From an uncultured Candidatus Rokubacteria bacterium (lineage in GTDB: Bacteria > Methylomirabilota > Methylomirabilia > Rokubacteriales > CSP1-6), in assembly GCA_963771355.1 (NCBI GenBank), contig CAVYTA010000004.1, positions 224,001 through 288,000 on the forward strand: DNA of 64,000 nt, in the 5' to 3' direction. A program made the position numbers and the translations under genes. Numbering within the stretch: position 1 is the first letter of the stretch; each line of letters opens with the position of its first letter. Shown here piece by piece: positions 37,623-46,284 of the stretch. Below the pieces are notes generated by a model. That model was not told the origin of the DNA and searched no databases. It worked only from the letters and a program-made list of their open reading frames with translations.

Positions 37623-38621
37623 ATGACAAGAAGGTTGCCGGTCATGCGGAGGCTCCGGGTATTCGTGGCCATCGTGCTCGGCCTCCTCTGCGTGCCCTCT
37701 CCGTCCGAGGCTCAGCGGTCCGCCGGGATCGCCCGGATCGGCTACCTCACCCCCACCTCGCAGCCGGCGCGTGAGGAAGTGTTCCGCCAGGAGCTGCGCC
37801 GGCTCGGCTACGCCGAGGGCCAGAATTTTGTCCTGGAGTACCGGTCGGCAAATGGGGACTTCGACCGGCTGCCGGACCTCGCGGCGGAGCTGATCGCGCT
37901 CAACGTGGACGTCCTGGTCACGGTGGTGACTCAGGCCGCTCTGGCGGCAAAGAAGGCGACGGCCACGATCCCCATCGTCATGGTGGGCGTGTCCGACCCC
38001 GTCGGGGTCGGGCTGGTCGCGAGCCTCGCGCGACCGGGCGGCAATGTCACGGGAACGTCGTCCCTGGCGGCCAATGTGGTGGGAAAGCAGCTCGAGTCAT
38101 TGCGAGAGATGCTGCCCAAGGTCTCCCGGGTGGCCACCCTCTGGAACCCGGCGAATCCTGTGTTCCAGAAGCTCCAGCTGGGAGAGGTCAAGGCGGCCGC
38201 CGCGAAGCTGCGGCTGCAGATCCAGCTCTTCGAGGCCCGGACCCCCGACCGGCTGGATCACGCCTTCACGTCGATGGCGAGGCAACGCCCGGAGGCGCTC
38301 CTTGTCCTGGGGGATCCGATGTTCGGCGCGCACTGGGCGCGGATTGCCGAGCTGGCCGCCCGGCACCGCATGCCGACGGTGAGCGGGACGCGAGAGTTCG
38401 CGGACGCCGGTGGCCTCATGACCTATGGACCGGACTACTTCGAGGCGTACCAGCGGGCCGGCCGGTACGTGGACCAGATCCTGAGGGGCGGCCGGCCGGC
38501 CGACCTTCCCGTCGAACAGTCCACCAAGTTCGAGCTGGTCATCAATGCCCGGACGGCGGCGACGCTCGGGATCACCATCCCACGGTCGCTGGTCGGGCGC
38601 GCCGACCGGGTGGTGGAGTGA
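37623..38621 (+). CDS. Orphan ABC substrate-binding protein, paralog 3
   Basis: LRRLGYAEGQN, DPVGVGLVASLARPGGNVTG, PADLPVEQSTKFELVIN, RADRVVE. Confidence 0.9.
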   Translation: MTRRLPVMRRLRVFVAIVLGLLCVPSPSEAQRSAGIARIGYLTPTSQPAREEVFRQELRRLGYAEGQNFVLEYRSANGDFDRLPDLAAELIALNVDVLVTVVTQAALAAKKATATIPIVMVGVSDPVGVGLVASLARPGGNVTGTSSLAANVVGKQLESLREMLPKVSRVATLWNPANPVFQKLQLGEVKAAAAKLRLQIQLFEARTPDRLDHAFTSMARQRPEALLVLGDPMFGAHWARIAELAARHRMPTVSGTREFADAGGLMTYGPDYFEAYQRAGRYVDQILRGGRPADLPVEQSTKFELVINARTAATLGITIPRSLVGRADRVVE

Positions 38622-39559
38622 CGGCGCTGAGGCCGTTTCGCTTCGGCGTGAACGTGTGGGGCGCTGGATCCCGGGGCGAGTGGATCGACAAGGCCCGGAA
38701 GATCGAGGCGCTGGGCTACTCCATCCTGACGGTGCCGGATCACCTGGGGGAGTTCTTCGCGCCCATGCCGGCGCTGGTGAGCGCGGCGCAGGCAACAACG
38801 CATCTTCGCGTGGGCACGAACGTGCTCAACAACGATTTCCGGCATCCCGTGGTCGTGGCGCGCGAGGCGGCCACCGCCGACGTCTTGACCGATGGCCGGC
38901 TGCAGCTCGGCCTGGGCGCCGGCCACATGAGGTCGGAATACGACGAGGCCGGACTGCGCTTCGAGGCCGGGGCCACCAGGGTCGAGCGGCTGGCGGAGGC
39001 GGTCGCCATCGTCAAGGGCCTGCTCGGGGGTGAGGCGGTCACCTCCACCGGGCGGCACTACCGAGTGACCGGGCACACGGTCTACCCGCTTCCCGTCCAG
39101 CGCCCCCGCCCTCCCATCCTCATCGGCGGCAATGGCCGGCGCCTCCTCACCCTCGCGGCGAAGGAAGCCGACATCGTCGGGCTGTCGGGGATCACGTTCC
39201 GGAGCGGTGGGGTCGAGCGGGACCTGTCCGGCTGGCGCACCGTGGGCGTCGACGAGCGGATCCAGCTCATCCGGGAGGCGGCCGGCGACCGCTACGCGCA
39301 GCTCGAGCTGAACGCGCTGGTCCAGCGCGTCGTGGTGACCGACGATCGCCGCCGGGCTGCCGAGGAGCTCGCGCGGCGCTGGACGCCGCTGAGCCCGGCC
39401 GAGATCCTGTCGAGCCCGTACGTCCTGGTGGGAACGATCGACGAGCAGGTCGAGGATCTTCAAGCGCGCAGGGCACGGTGGGGTCTCTCCTACTACGTCA
39501 TCTTCGAGCCGTACGTGGACGCTTTCGCTCCCGTCGTCGCCCGGCTCGCGGGGAGATAG
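38618..39559 (+). CDS. LLM-class (probable F420-dependent) oxidoreductase
   Basis: RPFRFGV, PDHL, NNDFRHP, GRLQLGLGAG, PPILIGGNG. Confidence 0.88.
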   Translation: MTALRPFRFGVNVWGAGSRGEWIDKARKIEALGYSILTVPDHLGEFFAPMPALVSAAQATTHLRVGTNVLNNDFRHPVVVAREAATADVLTDGRLQLGLGAGHMRSEYDEAGLRFEAGATRVERLAEAVAIVKGLLGGEAVTSTGRHYRVTGHTVYPLPVQRPRPPILIGGNGRRLLTLAAKEADIVGLSGITFRSGGVERDLSGWRTVGVDERIQLIREAAGDRYAQLELNALVQRVVVTDDRRRAAEELARRWTPLSPAEILSSPYVLVGTIDEQVEDLQARRARWGLSYYVIFEPYVDAFAPVVARLAGR

Positions 39560-40000
39560 ATGAAAATCGCGATTGGCTCCGATCACGCCGGATTCCGCTA
39601 CAAGGAGATTCTCAAGTCCGCCCTCGCCGCGCGCGGGCACGAGGTGCGCGACTTCGGTACCAGCTCGTCGATGCCCGTCGACTATCCCCTGTTCATCCGG
39701 CCGGTGGCCTTGGGAGTCGCGCGGGGTGAGTTCGAACGGGGGCTCGTGCTGGGGGGGTCGGGCAATGGGGAGGCGATCGTCGCCAACCGGGTCCGCGGCA
39801 TCCGGTGCACGATCGGGTGGAACGTCGAGTCCGTGCGCCTCGGGCGCGCGCACAACGACTCGAACGTCTTGTCGCTGGGGGAGCGGTTCGTCGCGGAGGG
39901 GGACCTCCTGGCCATGCTGGACATGTGGCTGACCACGCCCTTCGAAGGCGGGCGTCACCAGAGACGAATCGAGCTCATCGACGCGGGGGATGGCGCCTAG
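39560..40000 (+). CDS. rpiB: Ribose-5-phosphate isomerase B
   Basis: MKIAIGSDHAG, VDYP, GSGNGE, HND.NV, FEGGRH.RR. Confidence 0.92.
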   Translation: MKIAIGSDHAGFRYKEILKSALAARGHEVRDFGTSSSMPVDYPLFIRPVALGVARGEFERGLVLGGSGNGEAIVANRVRGIRCTIGWNVESVRLGRAHNDSNVLSLGERFVAEGDLLAMLDMWLTTPFEGGRHQRRIELIDAGDGA

Positions 40001-40007
40001 CCTGCCG

Positions 40008-40157
40008 GTGGCCGCCGTGATCACCGCGGCCCGCGGCACGTTTGACACGCTCCGGCTGCGGACGGAGAATCCGACCGCGGCGCGCCTCTACGAGCGGATG
40101 GGGTTTCGCCGCTGCGTCGAGGCCGACGACAGCACGCATGTCATGGAGCTAGCGTGA
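40008..40157 (+). pseudogene. 3' fragment of a GNAT acetyltransferase
   Basis: VITAARGTFDTLRLRTENPTAARLYERMGFRR...THVMELA*. Confidence 0.65.
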
Positions 40158-40173
40158 GTTGCCTGGAGGGCAG

Positions 40174-40542
40174 ATGCAGATCACGGGCGTCATTCCCCAG
40201 CTACGGACGACCGATCTGGCGGCCTCGATCCGGTTCTACACCACCAAGCTCGGCTTGACGCTCGAATTCCAGTACGAGGACTTCTACGCCGGCATCCGAG
40301 CGGGGAACCAGGTCTTCCACCTCAAGCTCTCGGACGAGAAGGACCCGTCGATCGCGTTCGTGGACCAGGAGGAGCACTTTCACCTCTACTTCGAGACCGA
40401 CGATGCCGCCGCGGTGGTGGCCGGATTGAAGAAGAACGGAGTGCCGCTGGTGAAGGAGCTGCACGAGACGCCCTGGGAGACGCGGGAGTTCGCGGTCAAG
40501 GACGATCAGGGGCACACGCTCTACTTCGGGGAGCGGCGCTAG
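40174..40542 (+). CDS. VOC/glyoxalase family protein
   Basis: DLAASIRFY, TPWETREFAVKDDQG. Confidence 0.88.
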   Translation: MQITGVIPQLRTTDLAASIRFYTTKLGLTLEFQYEDFYAGIRAGNQVFHLKLSDEKDPSIAFVDQEEHFHLYFETDDAAAVVAGLKKNGVPLVKELHETPWETREFAVKDDQGHTLYFGERR

Positions 40543-40575
40543 ATTCCCACCGGCGGCGTCGCGGAGCCGACGGCG

Positions 40576-41052
40576 ATGACGGGACGGCGGCTATCGTCGT
40601 CGCTGACCTTTTTCTGGAAGGTTGTCCTCCCGGCGGCCTGGATCGCCGGCTTCGTGGTCTGCGCGGAGTCCGTGTTCTTCGTCTCCCGCGGGAAGGCTCC
40701 CGATCCCGGGCTCCAGTCGCTGAAATGGGCCTTCCTGCTCGTGTCCCTCGTGGGGGCGCCGGCGCTACTCTGGTTCGCCACCGGGCTCAAGCGGGTGACG
40801 CGAGATGGGCCCGATCTGCTCGTCTCGAACTACCGGCGGGAGCTGCGGATCCCGGTGGGGGAGATCCGGCATGTCTACCAGAGCTGGGCGGTGAGCCCCT
40901 GGCGCGTGGTGATCGACATGCGCGCCCCGACCGAGCTCGGCTCGACCTTCGTCTTCATCCCCCGATTCCGTGACGGGCTCACGCATCGGGCGCTCGGCGG
41001 CCAGCATCCCGTGGTCGAGGAGATCCGGGCGATGTGCGATGCGGCGCGCTAG
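40576..41052 (+). CDS. Hypothetical membrane protein
   Basis: Two TM segments, LSSSLTFFWK. Confidence 0.7.
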   Translation: MTGRRLSSSLTFFWKVVLPAAWIAGFVVCAESVFFVSRGKAPDPGLQSLKWAFLLVSLVGAPALLWFATGLKRVTRDGPDLLVSNYRRELRIPVGEIRHVYQSWAVSPWRVVIDMRAPTELGSTFVFIPRFRDGLTHRALGGQHPVVEEIRAMCDAAR

Positions 41053-42716
41053 GCGGGCGGGCGGCTCGCGTCCGGCCTGAAGCGGATCCCCGGCCGCGCC
41101 AGCCCGCCCCCGACGCCGATGGGCGTGCCGTCGGCGCGCCAGCAGGCCGCGCCCTCCAGGGTGCCGTCTCCGGCGAAAGCCACCGCGTTCATCCCGCCCG
41201 CCACTGCGGGCACCGTCACCACTCGATGCCCGCGGGCGGCGACTGCGTCGCGGATGGCGGCGGGAATGTCCTGCTCCATCTCGAGCTCCTGGCCCTGGCT
41301 CCACACTCGCGGCGCCTCCACTGCTTGCTGGAGCGTCATGCCGTGATCGATCAGGTTGACCACCGCCTGGAACACGGAGGTGAAGATGCGCACGCCGCCC
41401 GGCAGGCCGAGCGCCCACGCGGGCTTGCCCTCGCGGAAGACGATGGTGGGCGCCATGCTGCTGGTCACGCGCTTGCCGGGGGCGATGGAGGCGGGCGTGC
41501 CGGGATGCGGATCGAAGAGCGCCATGGTGTTGTTGAGCAGGATGCCCGTGCCCGGCACGGTGGCCTTGGCGCCGAAGAGATTGTTGATGGTCTGGGTCAT
41601 CGCGACCACGTTGCCGTCGGCGTCCGCCGTCGTTACGTGGGTGGTGTGGGCGGAGGCGCCCTGCGCGCTGGTGGCGGCGTTCCCCACGTAGTTGCCCGCA
41701 CGATCCGGGCGGATCTCCGCGCGCCGGGCCGCCGCGTACTCCTTGGAGGTGAGACGCTCCATCGGGATGTCCACGAAGGCGGGATCACCGGTGCAGGCAT
41801 TGCGATCGGCGAAGCCGATCTTGAGCACTTCCGCGATGAGGTGGAAATAGTCCGCGGTGCCGAAACCCAGGCCGCGCGGGTCGAAGCCCTCGAGGATGTT
41901 CAGCATCTCCACGAGGTGGAGCCCGCCCGCGGTGGGCGGCGGGGCGCCCGCGATCTCGAAGCCGCGGTAGCGGCCGACAATGGGCCGCCGCTCGACCGTC
42001 TCGTAGCGCGCGAGGTCGTCGAGGGTCATGATGCCGCCGGCGCGGCGCATGTAGTCCACTACCGCGGCGCCGAGGTCCCCGCCATAGAGCACGCGGGGGC
42101 CCTTGGCCGCGATGAGGCGTAGCGTGGCCGCGTAGTCGGGCATGACCACGAGGTCGCCGGGCTTGATGGGAGCGCCACCGGGCAGGAAGGTGCGCGCGCT
42201 CTCCGGGAAGCGCGCGAGGTCTGCCGCGGTTTCCGTGACCGCTTCCACCAGATACGGGGTGGCGCGGAAGCCGCGCTCGGCGTGGCGGATGGCCGGCTGC
42301 ATGACCGTCTCGAGATCGAGCCGGCCGAAGCGCGCCATTGCCTCCGACCAGGCCTTGAGCGTGCCGGGCACGCCCACCGCAAGGGGGCCGATCAGGTTCA
42401 GATCGCCGTCCACGCGGAGATAGTCGGGCCAGGTGTCGGCGAGGGGCCGGTACATGTCGGGCCGCGAGGCGGCGGGAGCGGTGGTGTAGTTGTCGATGAC
42501 GAGATGGCGGGCGTCGCCGAGCCGCAGATGCGTCATGCCGGCGCCGAAGATGCCCACCATCATGGGCTCCACCACGGTGAGCGCGAAGAGCGCGGCGATG
42601 GCCGCATCCACCGCATTGCCGCCCGCGGCGAGCATTTCCGCCCCCGCCGCCGAGCCGAGCGGGTGATTGGTCACCACCATGCCGCGGGATGCCGTTGCCG
42701 GTCGCTTGTCGGTCAT
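41049..42716 (-). CDS. ggt: Gamma-glutamyltransferase
   Basis: GGNAVDAAIA, VGVPG, HTTH autoprocessing Thr, SSMAP, GLPGG. Confidence 0.92.
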   Translation of the reverse strand: MTDKRPATASRGMVVTNHPLGSAAGAEMLAAGGNAVDAAIAALFALTVVEPMMVGIFGAGMTHLRLGDARHLVIDNYTTAPAASRPDMYRPLADTWPDYLRVDGDLNLIGPLAVGVPGTLKAWSEAMARFGRLDLETVMQPAIRHAERGFRATPYLVEAVTETAADLARFPESARTFLPGGAPIKPGDLVVMPDYAATLRLIAAKGPRVLYGGDLGAAVVDYMRRAGGIMTLDDLARYETVERRPIVGRYRGFEIAGAPPPTAGGLHLVEMLNILEGFDPRGLGFGTADYFHLIAEVLKIGFADRNACTGDPAFVDIPMERLTSKEYAAARRAEIRPDRAGNYVGNAATSAQGASAHTTHVTTADADGNVVAMTQTINNLFGAKATVPGTGILLNNTMALFDPHPGTPASIAPGKRVTSSMAPTIVFREGKPAWALGLPGGVRIFTSVFQAVVNLIDHGMTLQQAVEAPRVWSQGQELEMEQDIPAAIRDAVAARGHRVVTVPAVAGGMNAVAFAGDGTLEGAACWRADGTPIGVGGGLARPGIRFRPDASRPPA

Positions 42717-42758
42717 GGGCGGGATCATAGCCGATGGCGCCGTGGTACGCTCGCCGAC

Positions 42759-43661
42759 ATGACCGCGACCTGGACCTGGGACCACGCGCTCACCGGGGTC
42801 GTCCCGCCGCTCATCTCCCCGCTGGGCGACGGCGGCGACGCCGACGCCGGGGCCATGGCCGCGCTGGTGGAGCACGTGGTCACGGGCGGCTGCACCGGCC
42901 TCTTCGTGCTCGGCGGCTGCGGGGAGGGCGCCTGGCTCACCACCGCCCAGCGCGACGCCGTCGTGCGGGCGGCGGTGAAGGCGGCCGCGGGCCGCGTGCC
43001 CGTGCTCGCGGCGGTGATGCTGCCCGCCACCGGGCCGGCGGTGGAGGCGGCGCGCCGCGCGCGCGGTGAGGGCGCCGACGCGCTCGTGGTGGGCTCGCCC
43101 TACTACTTCGCCGTGGACGGCGGCGGTCATCGGCGCCACGTGGAGGCGGTGCTGGAGGCGGCGGGGCTGCCCGGCCTGCTCTACAATATCCCGCAGTGCA
43201 CGCACGCGGTGCTCGCCGCCGACACGGTGGCCGCGCTCGCGCGTGACGCGCGCGTCCTGGGGATGAAGGACTCGGCGGGGGACTTCCTGACCTTCCAGCG
43301 CTACCTCGCCGTGAAGCGCGACCGGCCCGACTTCCGCGTGCTCCAGGGCCAGGAGTCCTTGCTGGCCTCGAGCGTGCTGCACGGCGGCGACGGCGCGGTG
43401 CCCGGCGTGGCGAACATCGCGCCGCGGCTCTGCGTGGACCTCGTGCGCGCGGCCCACGCCGGAGATTCAGCGCGGGCCACCCAGCTCCAGGAGCAGGTGA
43501 CGGGGCTGACGCGGGTGTACGAGCAGGGGCACTGGCTGCCCGCGCTCAAGAGCGCGTGCGCCCAACTCGGGCTGGGCAATGGCCGCCCGGCGCCTCCCCT
43601 CGAGCCCGCCGGGGACGCCCAGCGCGCGGCCATCGCCGCCCTCCTCGCCCGTCTCCCCTAG
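42759..43661 (+). CDS. Dihydrodipicolinate synthase family aldolase
   Basis: GVVPPLISP, GLFVLGGCGE, LYNIPQ, GMKDS. Confidence 0.88.
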   Translation: MTATWTWDHALTGVVPPLISPLGDGGDADAGAMAALVEHVVTGGCTGLFVLGGCGEGAWLTTAQRDAVVRAAVKAAAGRVPVLAAVMLPATGPAVEAARRARGEGADALVVGSPYYFAVDGGGHRRHVEAVLEAAGLPGLLYNIPQCTHAVLAADTVAALARDARVLGMKDSAGDFLTFQRYLAVKRDRPDFRVLQGQESLLASSVLHGGDGAVPGVANIAPRLCVDLVRAAHAGDSARATQLQEQVTGLTRVYEQGHWLPALKSACAQLGLGNGRPAPPLEPAGDAQRAAIAALLARLP

Positions 43662-43712
43662 CCGGCTACGGAAACACCACCGGCGCATTTTTCAGCGGCA
43701 GACTAGGGCAGA

Positions 43713-44450
43713 CTAGACGGCGATATCCGCCGACTGCATCCGCTTCACGCCGGCCGCCTGCATCTCCTTCCAGGCCTTGCCGAGCGAGCCGTCCACGTCG
43801 ATGCCGCGGCAGGCGTCCTCGATCACCGCGGCCTCGAAGCCGGCCTTGCGCGCGTCCAGCGCGGACCAGGCCACGCAGAAGTCGGTGGCCAGCCCCACGA
43901 AATAGCAGCGAGAGAGATTTCGCTCGCGAAGATAGCCGGCCAGCCCGGTGGGCGTCTTCCCATCCGCTTCCATGAAGGCGGAGTAGGAGTCCACGTCCTT
44001 GCGGTAGCCCTTGCGGATCACGAGCTCGGCGTGCGGGATCTTGAGCGCGGGGTGCAGGTTGGCGCCGTCGGTGCCCTGCACGCAGTGATCGGGCCAGAGG
44101 ACCTGGGGGCCGTACTGCAGCGCGACCATCTCGAACGGCTTCTTCCCCGCATGACTGGACGCGAACGACACGTGCCCCGGGGTATGCCAGTCCTGGGTGA
44201 GCACCACGTGCTCGAAGCCGCCCGCCAGCTTGTTGATCAGCGGGACGATGGTGTCGCCGTCCTTCACCGCCAGGGAGCCGCCCGGCGTGAAGCAGTTCTG
44301 CACGTCGATGACGAGCAGCACGTCCTGCGCGCCCGGCTTGATCTTGGTGCCCTGCGCGGCGGCGCGGCCGGTCCGCCCCGTCATCGCGGCCGCCGCGAGC
44401 CCGGCGGCGGCCAGTCCGAGAAACACCCGACGATCGTGACGCATGGTCAT
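43713..44450 (-). CDS. pncA: Nicotinamidase/pyrazinamidase with Tat signal peptide
   Basis: LLVIDVQNCF, TQDWH, WPDHCVQGT, DSYSAF, GLATDFCV; N-terminal DRRVFLG. Confidence 0.92.
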   Translation of the reverse strand: MTMRHDRRVFLGLAAAGLAAAAMTGRTGRAAAQGTKIKPGAQDVLLVIDVQNCFTPGGSLAVKDGDTIVPLINKLAGGFEHVVLTQDWHTPGHVSFASSHAGKKPFEMVALQYGPQVLWPDHCVQGTDGANLHPALKIPHAELVIRKGYRKDVDSYSAFMEADGKTPTGLAGYLRERNLSRCYFVGLATDFCVAWSALDARKAGFEAAVIEDACRGIDVDGSLGKAWKEMQAAGVKRMQSADIAV

Positions 44451-44505
44451 CCTCCTCTCGCTGCCCCGTCCCGCGGCAGCGCGCCAGTGTGTGGCGAGTA
44501 TAGCG

Positions 44506-45785
44506 CTAGCCGAGCTTGAGGAGGCGCGGAAGGATGAGCGTGACCCACGGCACCAGGATCACGATGAGGAGGCCGGCGCACATCATGTAAACGTACGGCA
44601 TCATGTCACGGGTGGCGCGGTCCACCGGCACCCGGGCGATGCCGCAGGCGATGAAGAAGCCGACGCCGATGGGCGGCAGGAAGAGGCCGATCCCGGTGGC
44701 GGCCACCACCACGGTGGAGTAGTGGATCACGTCGATGCCGAGCCGCTGCACCACCGGCATGAAGGTGGGGAGGAGGATGACCACGGCCGGTAAACCCTCC
44801 AGGACGGCGCCGAGGAGTATGAAGAGGAGCGCAGTGAGGACGAGGAAGACGATATTGCCCCCCGGCACCGCCAGCATGAGGCGGAGCAGCATCTGCGGCA
44901 CCTGCTCCACCGCGAGGATCCACGCCACCACCGCGGCGGTGCCGAGGAGGAAGCACACCGTCGCGGTGACCACCGCGCTGGTGATGAAGATGCCGGGGAG
45001 ATCCCGCCACTTGATCTCGCGGTACACGAACACGCCCACGATGAAGGCGTAGACCACCGCGAGCACCGCCGCCTCGGTGGGGGTGACCACACCCCCAGGA
45101 TGCCGCCGAAGATGATGGCGGGCAGCCCCAGCGGGATCACCGCGTCCACGAAGGCCTTCCAGATGGTGCGGAGCCCGGCCACCTGGCGCGCCTCGATGCC
45201 GCTGCGCCGGGCGTCGAACCAGATGTAGACCATGATGGCGAGGGCCAGCACCACCGCGGGCAGGAAGCCGGCGGCGAACAGCGCCGCCACCGAGACGTTC
45301 GCCACCGAGCCGATGACGATCATGAGGATGCACGGCGGCACCAGGATGCCCATGGCGGAGGCGGCGGACACCACCGCGACCGCCTGCTCCGGGCGATATC
45401 CCGCGCGCAGCATGGGCGGGATCATGGTGGAGCCGATGGCGGAGACGTCAGCGACGGTCGAGCCAGAAATACCGGAGAAGATGTACTCGGCCACCACCAC
45501 CGCCATGGAGAGCCCGCCGCGGATCCAGCCCACCAGTGCCTGCGCCAGACGGACCAGCCGCACCGCGATGCCGCCCGTCTCCATGAGGGCGCCGGCGAGG
45601 ATGAAGAGGGGAATGGCGAGGAGCACGAAGGAGTCCACGCCCTCGAACGTCTGCTTGACGATCACGGTGTAGGGGTAGGCTCCCGACCACCAGAGCCCGA
45701 CGAAGCCGGCCAGCCCGATGACGAAGGCCACCGGCACGCCCAGCAGCAGAAGCGTGATGAAGGCGAGAGCGACGAGGACGACCAT
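44506..45785 (-). CDS. dctM: TRAP transporter large permease, frameshifted near 45090
   Basis: SFVLLAIPLFILAG, ISGSTVAD, then TPTEAA and PPIG in a second frame. Confidence 0.88.
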
Positions 45786-45786
45786 C

Positions 45787-46269
45787 TCAGTGGCCGTCCG
45801 CCTCGACGGCGGGCCGGCCCCGGAAGGCGCGCCACAGATGCGGCAGGCTATAGAGAATGATGAGCGCGCCCCCCACCGGCACGGACGCGTAGACGTACTG
45901 CTTGGACAGCCCCATCACCGGCGTCTGCTGGAACTGGCCCAGCTCCACCAGCTTCCAGCCCTGCTCGATGAGGATCCAGCCGAAGCCGATCACGGCCAGG
46001 ATGCCGAGGATGGTCGCCTGGCGCCGGAGCCCGGCCGGGAAGCGGTCGATCACGAGATGGAGGCGGAAGTGGGCGGCGCGCTTCACGCCCACCGCCGCCC
46101 CCAGGAACACGATCCACACGAAGAGGAGCCGCGCGATCTCGTCGTACCACGTGAACGTGCGGCCCATCACGTAGCGCGAGAAGACGCCGAGAAACACGTC
46201 CGCGCAGAGCAGCACCATCATGACGAGGAGGATGCCCTCGACGGTATTGCCGAGCGCGCGACGAATCAC
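45787..46269 (-). CDS. dctQ: TRAP transporter small permease
   Basis: VFSRY, WYDEIARLLFVWIVFLGAA..H. Confidence 0.88.
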   Translation of the reverse strand: MIRRALGNTVEGILLVMMVLLCADVFLGVFSRYVMGRTFTWYDEIARLLFVWIVFLGAAVGVKRAAHFRLHLVIDRFPAGLRRQATILGILAVIGFGWILIEQGWKLVELGQFQQTPVMGLSKQYVYASVPVGGALIILYSLPHLWRAFRGRPAVEADGH

Positions 46270-46284
46270 CGAGAGGCTACGATG

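Larger units (their letters stand above)
16570..41052 (+). mobile_element. Relic integron with gene-cassette array; distal boundary approximate
   Basis: intI remnant, attI-like site, about 9 clear attC sites plus eroded remnants, and about 37 short co-oriented genes with lower GC than the flanks. Confidence 0.85.
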
